From NCBI GenBank assembly GCA_030390025.1, contig JASTWF010000034.1, positions 4,960,001 through 5,024,000 on the forward strand: a stretch of 64,000 nucleotides of DNA, read 5' to 3'. The stretch's first letter is position 1; each line of letters opens with the position of its first letter. The translations under genes were made by a program, and so were the position numbers. Origin of the DNA: Squalus acanthias (lineage: Eukaryota). Shown one piece after another: positions 38,433 through 49,807 of the stretch. The notes below the pieces were generated by a model. That model searched no databases. It was given only the letters and a program-made list of their open reading frames with translations, and was not told where the DNA came from.

Positions 38433-41400
38433 ACTCGGGTGTTTGACCAGTCACCGGGGTGTGTACGATCATGGACTCGGGCGTTTCATCAGTCCCCAGT
38501 GTGTGTCCGATCATGGACTCGGGTGTTTGACCAGTTCCCGGTGTGTCCGAACATGTACTCGGGTGTTTGACCAGTCCCCGGGGTGTGTACGATCATGGAT
38601 TCGGGCGTTTGACCAGTCCCCGGAGTGTGTCTGATCATGGACTCGGGCGTTTGACCAGTCCCCAGGGTTTGTCGGATCATGGACTCGGGCGTTTGACCAG
38701 TCCCCAGGGTGTGTCCGATCATGGCCTCGGGCGTTTGACCAGTCCCCAGGGTTTGTCGGATCATGGACTCGGGCATTTGACCAGTCCCCGGGGTGTGTCT
38801 GATCATGGACTCAGGCATTTGACCAGTCCCCGGGGTGTGTCTGATAATGGACTCGGGCGTTTGACCAGTCCCCGGAGTGTGTCTGATCATGGACTCGGGC
38901 GTTTGACCAGTCCCCGGAGTGTGTCTGATTATGGACTGGGGCGGTTGACCAGTCCACGGGGTGTGTATGATCATGGATGCGGGGATTTGACCAGTCCCCG
39001 CGGGTGTGTCGGATCATGGACACGATCGTTTGTCCAGTCCCCGGGTCTGTGTCCGATCATAGCCTCCGGCGTTTGACCAGTCCGCGCGGTGTGTCCGATC
39101 ATGGACTCGGGCGTTTGACTAGTCCCCAGGGTTTGTCGGATCATGGACTCGGGCGTTTGACCAGGCCCCAGGGTGTGTCCGATCATGACCTCGGGCGTTT
39201 GACCGGTCCCCAGGGTTTGTCGGATCATGGACTCGGGCGTTTGCCCAGTCCCCGGGTCTGTGTCTGATCATGGACTCAGGCATTTGACCAGTCCCCGGGG
39301 TGTGTCTGATCATGGACTCGGGCGTTTGACCAGTCCCCGGAGTGTGTCTGATTATGGACTTGGGCATTTGTCCAGTCACCGGGATGTGTCCGATCATGGA
39401 CTCGGGCGTTTGACCAGTCCCCGGCGTGTGTCCGATCAGGGACTCGGGCGTTTGACCAGTCCCCGGGGTGTGTCCGATCATGGACTCGAGCGTTTGGACA
39501 TTCCCCGGGGCTGTGTCCGATCATGGACTCGGGCGTTTGACCAGTCCCCGGCGTGTGTCCGATCATGGACGCAGGCGTTTGGCCAGTCCCCGGGTCTGTG
39601 TCCGATCATGGCCTCCGACATTTGACCGGTCCGCGGGGTGTGTCCGATCATGGACTTGAGCGTTTGACCAGTCCCAGGGGTGTGTCTGATCATGGACTCG
39701 GGCGTTTTACCAGTCCCAGGTGTGTGTCTGACCATGGACTCGGGCCTTTGACCAGTTTCCGGGGTGTGTCCGATCATGGACTCGGGCGTTTGACCAGTCA
39801 CCGGGGCTGTCTCCGATCATGGACTCGGGCGTTTGACCAGTCGCAGGTGTGTGTCTGATCATGGACTCGGGCGTTTGATCAGTCCCCTGGTTGTGTCCGA
39901 TCATGGACTCGGGTGTTTGACCTGTCCCCGGAGTGTGTCCAATCATGGACTCGGGCGTTTGACCAGTACCCGGGTTGTGTCTGATCATGGACTCGGGCGT
40001 TTGACCAGTCCCCGGTGTATCCGAACAGGGACTCGGGCGTTTCACCAGTCCCCGGGGTGTGTACGATCATGGACTCGGGTGTTTGACCAGTCCCCGTGGT
40101 GTGTCCGATCATGGACTCGGGCGTTTGACCAGTCCCCGGGGTGTGTCCGATCATGGACTCGGGCGTTTGACCAGTCTTCGGGGTGTGTGCGATCATGGAC
40201 TCGGGCGTTTGACCAGTCTTCGGGCTGTGTACGATCATGGACTCGTGTGTTTGACCAGTCCCCGGGGTGTGTCCGATCATGGACTCGGGCGTTTGACCAG
40301 TCTTCGGGGTGTGTGCGATCATGGACTCGGGCGTTTGACCAGTCCCCGGGGTGTGTGCGATCATGGACTCGGGCGTTTGACCAGTCCCCGAAGTGTGTCT
40401 GATCATGGACTCGGGCATTTGACCAGTCCCCGGTGTGTCCGCACATATACTCGGGTGTTTGACCAGTCCACGGGGTTTTTACGATTATGGACTCGGGCGT
40501 TTGACCAGTCCACGGGGTGTGTCTGATCATGGACTCGGGCATTTGGCCAGTCCCCGGGGTGTGTCCGATCATGGACTCGGCTGTTTAACCAGTCCCTGGG
40601 GTGTGTACGATCATGGACTCGGACGTTTGGCCAGTCCCCGGCGTGTGTCCGATCATGGACTCAGGTGTTTGACCAGTCCCCGGGGTGTGTCCGATCATGG
40701 ACTGGGGCGGTTGACCAGTCCACGGGGTGTGTACGATCATGGATGCGGGGATTTGACCAGTCCCCGCGGGTGTGTCGGATCATGGACACGATCGTTTGTC
40801 CAGTCCCCACGGGTGTGACGGATCATGGACTCGGGCGTTTGACCAGTCCCCGGGGTGTGACGGATCATGCACTCGGGCATTTGGCCAGTCCCCGGGTCTG
40901 TTTCCGATCATGGCCTCCGGCGTTTGACCAGTCCGCGGGATGTGTCCAATCATGGACTCGGGCGGTTGACCAGTCCCCGGGGTGGTGTGTCTGATCATGG
41001 ACTCGTGCGTTTGACCAGTCCCCAGGGTGTGTCCGATCATGGACTTGGGCATTTGACCAGTCCTCGGGGTGTGTCCGATCATGGACTCGGGCGTTTGTCC
41101 AGTCCCCAGGGTTTGTCGGATCATGGTCTCGGGCGTTTGTCCAGTCCCCAGGGTGTGTCCGATCATGGCCTCGGGCGTTTGACCAGTCCCCAGGGTTTGT
41201 CGGATCATGGACTCGGGCGTTTGCCCAGTCCCCGGGGCTGTGTCTGATCATGGACTCAGGCATTTGACCAGTCCCCGGGTTGTTTCTGATCATGGACACG
41301 GGCGTTTGACCAGTCCCCGGTGTGTGTCCAATGATGGACTCGGGCGTTTGACCAGTCCCCGGGGTGTGTCCGATCATGGGCTGGGGCGTTTGACCAGTCT

Positions 41401-44400
41401 TCGGGGTGTGTGCGATCATGGACTCGGGCAGTTGACCAGTCCCCGGGGTGTGTACGATCATGGACTCAGGCTTTTGACCAGTTCCCGGTGTGTCCGAACA
41501 TATACTCGGGTGTTTGACCAGTCCCCGGGGTGTGTACTATCATGGAGTCGGGCGTTTGACCAGTCCCCAGAGTGTGTCTGATCATGGACTCGGGCGTTTG
41601 ACCAGTCCCCAGGGTTTTTCGGATCATGGACTCGGGCGTTTGACCAGTCCCCAGGGTGTGTCCGCTCATGGACTCGGGCGTTTGACCAGTCCCCAGGGTT
41701 TGTCGGATCATGGACTCGGGCAATTGACCAGTCCCCGGGGTGTGTCTGATCATGGACTCAGGCATTTGACCAGTCCCCGGGGTGTGTCTGATCATGGACT
41801 CGGGCGTTTGACCAGTCCCCGGAGTGTGTCTGATTATGGACTGGGGCGGTTGACCAGTCCACGGGGTGTGTATGATCATGGATGCAAGGATTTGACCAGT
41901 CCCCGCGGGTGTGTCGGATCATGGAAACGATCGTTTGGCCAGTCCCCGGGTCTGTGGCCGATCATGGCCTCCAGCGTTTGACCAGTCCGCGGGGTGTGTC
42001 CGATCATGGACTCGGGCGTTTGACCAGTCCCCGGGGCGGTGTGTCTGATCATGGACTCGTGCATTTGACCAGTCCCCAGGTTGTGTCCGATCATGGACTC
42101 GGGCGTTTGACTAGTCCCCAGGGTTTGTCGGATCATGGACTCGGGCGTTTGACCAGGCCCCAGGGTGTGTCCGATCATGGACTCGGGCGTTTGACCAGGC
42201 CCCAGGGTGTGTCCGATCATGGACTCGGGCGTTTGACCAGTCCCCAGGGTTTGTCTGATCATGGACTCGGGCGTTTGCCCAGTCCCCGGGGCTGTGTCTG
42301 ATCATGGAATCAGGCATTTAGCCAGTCCCCGGGGTGTGTCTGATCATGGACTCGGGCGTTTGACCAGTCCCCGGAGTGTGTCTGATTATGGACTTGGGCA
42401 TTTGTCCAGTCACCGGGATGTGTCCGATCATGGACTCGGGCGTTTGACCAGTCCCCGGCGTGTGTCCGATCAGGGACTCGGGCGTTTGACCAGTCCCCGG
42501 GGTGTGTCCGATCATGGACTCGAGCGTTTGGACATTCCCCGGTGCTGTGTCCGATCATGGACTCGGGCGTTTGACCAGTCCGCGGCGTGTGTCCGATCAT
42601 GGACTCAGGCGTTTGGCCAGTCCCCGGGTCTGTGTCGATCATGGCCTCCGGCATTTGACGGTCCGCGGGGTGTGTCCGATCATGGACTTCGGCGTTTGAC
42701 CAGTCCCAGGGGTGTGTCTGATCATGGACTCGGGCGTTTTACCAGTCCCAGGTGTGTGTCTGACCATGACTCGGGCCTTTGACCGTTCCGGGCTGTGTCC
42801 GATCATGGACTCGGGCGTTTTGACCAGTCCCCTGGTTGTGTCCGATCATGGACTCGGGTGTTTGACCAGTCCCCGGGTTGTGTCTGATCATGGACTCGGT
42901 GTTTTGACCAGTCCCCGGTGTATCCGAACATGGACTCGGGCATTTCACCAGTCCCCGGGGTGTGTCCGATCATGGACTCGGGCTGTTTGACCAGTCCCCG
43001 TGGTGTGTCCGTCATGGACTCGGGCGTTTGACCAGTCCCCGGGGTGTGTCCGATCATGGACTCGGGCGTTTTGACCAGTCTTCGGGGTGTGTGCCGATCA
43101 TGGACTCGGGCGTTTGACCAGTCTTCGGGCTGTGTACGATCATGCACTCGGGTGTTTGACCAGTCCCCGGGGTGTGTCCGATCATGGACTCGGGCGTTTG
43201 ACCAGTCTTCGGGGTGTGTGCGATCATGGACTCGGGCGTTTGACCAGTCCCCGGGGTGTGTGCGATCATGGACTCGGGCGGTTGACCAGTCCAATGGGTG
43301 TGTCCGATCATGGACTCGGGCGTTTGACCAGTCCCCGGGGTGTGTACGATCATGGACTCGGGCGTTTGACCAGTCCCCGAAGTGTGTCTGATCATGGACT
43401 CGGGCATTTGACCAGTCCCCGGTGTGTCCGAACATATACTCGGGTGTTTGACCAGTCCACGGGGTTTTTACGATTATGGACTCAGGCGTTTGACCAGTCC
43501 ACGGGGTGTGTCTGATCATGGACTCGGGCATTTGACCAGTCCCCGGGGTGTGTCCGATCATGGACTCGGCTGTTTAACCAGTCCCTGGGGTGTGTACGAT
43601 CATGGACTCGGACGTTTGGCCAGTCCCCGGCGTGTGTCCGATCATGGACTCAGGTGTTTGACCAGTCCCCGGGGTGTGTCCGATCTTGGACTCGTCCATT
43701 GGACCAGTACCCAGGGTGAGTCCGATCATGGACTGGGGCGTTTGACCAGTCCCCGGGTTGTGTCTGATCATGGACTGGGGCGGTTGACCAGTCCACGGGG
43801 TGTGTACGATCATGGATGCGGGGATTTGACCAGTCCCCGCGGGTGTGTCGGATCATGGACATGATCGTTTGTCCAGTCCCCACGGGTGTGACGGATCATG
43901 GACTCGGGCATTTGACCAGTCCCCGGGGTGTGACGGATCATGGACTCGGGCATTTGGCCAGTCCCCGGGTCTGTTTCCGATCATGGCCTCCGGCGTTTGA
44001 CCAGTCCGCGGGATGTGTCCAATCATGGACTCGGGCGGTTGACCAGTCCCCGGGGCGGTGTGTCCTGATCATGGACTCGTGCGTTTGACCAGTCCCCAGG
44101 GTGTGTCCGATCATGGACTTGGGCATTTGACCAGTCCCTCGGGGTGTGTCCGATCATGGACTCGGGCGTTTGACCAGTCCCCAGGGTGTGTCGATCATGG
44201 ACTCGGGCGTTTGACCAGTCCCAGGGGTGTGTCCGATCATGGACTCGGGCGTTTGACCAGTCCCCAGGGGTGTGTCGGATCATGGACTCGGGCGTTTGAC
44301 CAGTCCCCGGGGCTGTGTCTGATCATGGACTCGGCCGTTTGACCAGTCCCCGGGGTGTTTCTGATCATGGACTCGGGCGTTTGACCAGTCCCCGGGTGTG

Positions 44401-47400
44401 TCCGATCATGGACTCGGGCGTTTGACCAGTCCCCGGGTTGTGTCCGATCATGGACTCGGGCGTTTGACCAGTCCCCGGTGTGTGTCCGATCATGGACTCG
44501 GGCGTTTGACCAGTCCCCGGGTGTGTCCGATCATGGACTCGGGCGTTTGACCAGTCCCTGGGGTGTGTCCGATCATGGACTCGGGCGGTTGACCAGTCCC
44601 CGGGGTGTGTACGATCATGGACTCAGGCGTTTGACCAGTTCCCGGTGTGTCCGAACATATACTCGGGTGTTTGACCAGTCCCCGGGGTGTGTACGATCAT
44701 GGAGTCGGGCGTTTGACCAGTCCCCGGAGTGTGTCTGATCATGGACTCGGGCGTTTGACCAGTCCCCAGGGTTTTTCGGATCATGGACTCGGGCGTTTGA
44801 CCAGTCCCCAGGGTGTGTCCGATCATGGACTCGGGCGTTTGACCAGTCCCCAGGGTTTGTCGGATCATGGACTCGGGCATTGGACCAGTCCCCGGGGTGT
44901 GTCTGATCATGGACTCAGGCATTTGACCAGTCCCCGGGGTGTGTCTGATCATGGACTCGGGCGTTTGACCAGTCCCCGGAGTGTGTCTGATCATGGACTC
45001 GGGCGTTTGACCAGTCCCCGGAGTGTGTCTGATTATGGACTGGGGCATTTGACCAGTCCACGGGGTGTGTATGATCATGGATGCGGGGATTTGACCAGTC
45101 CCCGCGGGTGTGTCGGATCATGGACACGATCGTTTGTCCAGACCTCACGGGTGTGACGGATCATGGACTCGGGCGTTTGACCAGTCCGCGGGGTGTGACG
45201 GATCATGGACTCGGGCGTTTGGCCAGTCCCCGGGTCTGTGTCCGATCATGGCCTCCAGCGTTTGACCAGTCCGCGGGGTGTGTCCGATCATGGACTCGGG
45301 CGTTTGACCAGTCCCAGGGGCGGTGTGTCTGATCATGGACTCGTGCATTTGACCAGTCCCCAGGTTGTGTCCGATCATGGACTCGGGCGTTTGACTAGTC
45401 CCCAGGGTTTGTCGGATCATGGACTCGGGCGTTTGACCAGGCCCCAGGGTGTGTCCGATCATGACCTCGGGCGTTTGACCAGTCCCCAGGGTTTGTCGGA
45501 TCATGGACTCGGGCGTTTGCCCAGTCCCCGGGGCTGTGTCTGATCATGGACTCAGGCATTTGACCATTCCCCGGGGTGTGTCTGATCATGGACTCGGGCG
45601 TTTGACCAGTCCCCGGAGTGTGTCTGATTATGGACTTGGGCATTTGTCCAGTCACTGGGATGTGTCCGATCATGGACTTGGGCGTTTGACCAGTCCCCGG
45701 CGTGTGTCCGATCAGGGACTCGGGCGTTTGACCAGTCCCCGGGGTGTGTCCGATCATGGACTCGAGCGTTTGGACATTCCCCTGGGGCTGTGTCCGATCA
45801 TGGACTCGGGCGTTTGACCAGTCCCCGGCGTGTGTCCGATCATGGACTCAGTCGTTTGGCCAGTCCCCGGGTCTGTGTCCGATCATGGCCTCCGGCATTT
45901 GACCGGTCTGCGGGGTGTGTCCGATCATGGACTTGAGCGTTTGACCAGTCCCAGGGGTGTGTCTGATCATGGACTCGGGCATTTTACCAGTCCCAGGTGT
46001 GTGTCTGACCATGGACTCGGGCGTTTGACCAGTTTCCGGGGTGTGTCCGATCATGGACTCGGGCGTTTGACCAGTCACCGGGGCTGTCTCCGATCATGGA
46101 CTCGGGCGTTTGACCAGTCCCAGGTGTGTGTCTGATCATGGACTCGGGCGTTTGATCAGTCCCCTGGTTGTGTCCGATCATGGACTCGGGTGTTTGACCT
46201 GTCCGCGGAGTGTGTCCGATCATGGACTCGGGTGTTTGACCAGTCCCCGGGGTGTGTCCGATCATGGACTCGGGCGTTTGACCAGTCCCCGGCGTGTGTC
46301 CGATCATGGACTCAGTCGTTTGGCCAGTCCCCGGGTCTGTGTCCGATCATGGCCTCCGGCATTTGACCGGTCTGCGGGGTGTGTCCGATCATGGACTTGA
46401 GCGTTTGACCAGTCCCAGGGGTGTGTCTGATCATGGACTCGGGCATTTTACCAGTCCCAGGTGTGTGTCTGACCATGGACTCGGGCGTTTGACCAGTTTC
46501 CGGGGTGTGTCCGATCATGGACTCGGGCGTTTGACCAGTCACCGGGGCTGTCTCCGATCATGGACTCGGGCGTTTGACCAGTCCCAGGTGTGTGTCTGAT
46601 CATGGACTCGGGCGTTTGATCAGTCCCCTGGTTGTGTCCGATCATGGACTCGGGTGTTTGACCTGTCCGCGGAGTGTGTCCGATCATGGACTCGGGTGTT
46701 TGACCAGTCCCCGGGGTGTGTACGATCATGGACTCGGGCGTTTGACCAGTCCCCGAAGTGTGTCTGATCATGGACTCGGGCATTTGACCAGTCCCCGGTG
46801 TGTCCGAACATATACTCGGGTGTTTGACCAGTCCACGGGGTTTTTCCGATTATGGACTCGGGCGTTTGACCAGTCCACGGGGTGTGTCTGATCATGGACT
46901 CGGGCATTTGATCAGTCCCCGGGGTGTGTCCGATCATGAACTCGGCTGTTTAACCAGTCCCTGGGGTGTGTACCATCATGGAATCGGACGTTTGGCCAGT
47001 CCCCGGCGTGTGTCCGATCATGGACTCGTCCGTTTGACCAGTACCCAGGGTGAGTCCGATCATGGACTCGGGCGTTTGACCAGTCCCCGGGGTGTATCCG
47101 ATCATGGACTGGGGCGGTTGACCAGTCCACGGGGTGTGTACGATCATGGATGCGGGGATTTGACCAGTCCCCGCGGGTGTGTCGGATCATGGACATGATC
47201 GTTTGTCCAGTCCCCACGGGTGCGACGGATCATGGACTCGGGCATTTGACCAGTCCCCTGGTTGTGTCCGATCATGGACTCGGGTGTTTGACCTGTCCCC
47301 GGAGTGTGTCCGATCATGGACTCGGGCGGTTGACCAGTCCCCGGGGCTGTGCCTGATCATGAACTCGGGCGTTTGACCAGTCCCCGGGGATGTGTCCGAT

Positions 47401-49807
47401 CATGGACTCGGGCGTTTGACCAGTCCCAGGGGTGTGTCTGATCATGGACTCGGGCGTTTGAACAGTCCCCGGGGTGTGTCCGATCATGGACTCGGGCGTT
47501 TGACCAGTCACCGGGGCTGTCTCCGATCATGGACTCGGGCGTTTGACCAGTTCCCGGGGTGTCCGAACATATATTCGGGTGTTTGACCAGTCGCCGGGGT
47601 GTGTACGATCATGGACTTGGGCGTTTGACCAGTCCCCGGAGTGTGTCTGATCATGGACTCGGACGTTTGACCAGTCCCCGGTGTTTCCGAACATATACTC
47701 GGGTGTTTGACCAGTCCACGGGGTTTTTACGATTATGGACTCGGGCGTTTGACCAGTCCACGGGGTGTGTCTGATCATGGACTCGGGCATTTGACCAGTC
47801 CCCGGGGTGTGTCCGATCATGGACTCGGCTGTTTAACCAGTCCCTGGGGTGTGTACGATCATGGATTCGGACGTTTGAGCAGTCCCTGGCGTGTGTCCGA
47901 TCATGGACTCAGGCGTTTGACCAGTCCCCGGGGTGTGTCCGATCATGGACTCGGGCGTTTGACCAGTACCCAGGGTGAGTCCGATCATGGACTCAGGCGT
48001 TCGACCAGTCCCCGGGTTGTGTCTGATCATGGACTGGGGCGGTTGACCAATCCCCGGGTCTGTGTCCGATCATGGCCTCCGGCGTTTGACCAGTCCGTGG
48101 GGTGTGTCCGATCATGGACTCGGGCGTTATACCAGTCCCCGGGGTGTGTCCAATCATGGACTCGGGCGGCTGACCAGTCCCCGGGGCGGTGTGTCTGATC
48201 ATGGACTCATGCGTTTGTCCAGTCCCCAGGGTGTGTCCGATCATGGACTTGGGCATTTGACCAGTCCCTGGGGTGTGTCCGATCATGGACTCTGGCGTTT
48301 GACCAGTCCCCAGGGTTTGTCGGATCATGGACTCGGGCGTTTGACCAGTCCCCAGGGTGTGTCCGATCATGGCCTCGGGCGTTTGACCAGTCCCCAGGGT
48401 TTGTCGGATCATGGACTCGGGCGTTTGCCCAGTCCCCGGGGCTGTGTCTGATCATGGACTCAGGCATTTGACCAGTCCCCGGGGTGTGTCTGATCATGGA
48501 CTGGGGCGGTTGACTAGTCCACGGGGTGTGTACGATCATGGATGCGGGGATTTGACCAGTCCCCGTGGGTGTGTCAGATCATGGACACGATCGTTTGTCC
48601 AGTCCCCACGGGTGTGACGGATCATGGACTCGGGCGTTTGACCAGTCCGCGGGGTGTGTCCGATCATGGACTCGGGCGTTAGACCAGTCCCCGGGGCGGT
48701 GTGTCTGATCATGGACCCGTGCGTTTGACCAGTCCCCAGGGTGTGTCCGATCATGGACTCGGGCGTTTGACTAGTCCCAAGGGTTTGTCGGATCATGGAC
48801 TCGGGCGTTTGACCAGGCCCCAGGGTGCGTCCGATCATGACCTCGGGCGTTTGACCAGTCCCTAGGGTTTGTCGGATCATGGACTCGGGCGTTTGCCCAG
48901 TCCCCGGGGCTGTGTCTGATCATGGACTCAGGCATTTGACCAGTCCCCGGGGTGTGTCTGATCATGGACTCGGGCGTTTGACCAGTCCCCGGAGTGTGTC
49001 TGATTATGGACTTGGGCATTTGTCCAGTCACCGGGATGTGTCCGATCATTGACTCGGGCGTTTGACCAGTCCCCGGTGTGTGTCCGATCAGGGACTCGGG
49101 CGTTTGACCAGTCCCCGGGGCTGTGTCCGATCATCGACTCGGGCGTTTGACCAGTCCCCGCCGTGTGTCCGATCATGTACTCGGGCGTTTGGCCAGTCCC
49201 CGGGTCTGTGTCCGATCATGGCCTCCGCCGTTTGACCGGTCCACAGGGTGTGTCCGATCATGGACTTGAGCGTTTGACCAGTCCCTGGGGTGTGTCTGAT
49301 CATGGACTCGGGCGTTTTACCAGTCCCAGGTGTGTGTCTGATCATGGTCTCGGGCGTTTGAACAGTCCCCGGGGTTTGTCCGATCATGGACTCGGGCGTT
49401 TGACCAGTCACCGGGGCTGTCTCCGATCATGGACTCGGGCGTTTGACCAGTCCCAGTTGTGTGTCTGATCATGGACTCGGGCGTTTGATCAGTCCCCTGG
49501 TTGTGTCCGATCATGGACTCGGGTGTTTGACCTGTCCCCGGAGTGTGTCCGATCATGGACTCGGGCGGTTGACCAGTCCCCGGGGCTGTGCCTGATCATG
49601 AACTCGGGCGTTTGACCAGTCCCCGGGGATGTGTCCGATCATGGACTCGGGCGTTTGACCAGTACCCGGGTTGTGTCTGATCATGGACTCGGGCGTTTGA
49701 CCAGTCCCCGGTGTATCCGAACATGGACTCGGGCGTTTCACCAGTCCCCGGGGTGTGTCCGATCATGGACTCGGTTGTTTGACCAGTCCCTGAGGTATGT
49801 ACGAACA
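38433..49807 (+). repeat. 42-bp satellite array, segment 2
   Basis: Same monomer resumes in register (ACTCGGGTGTTTGACC) immediately after the LINE tail. Confidence 0.98.
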
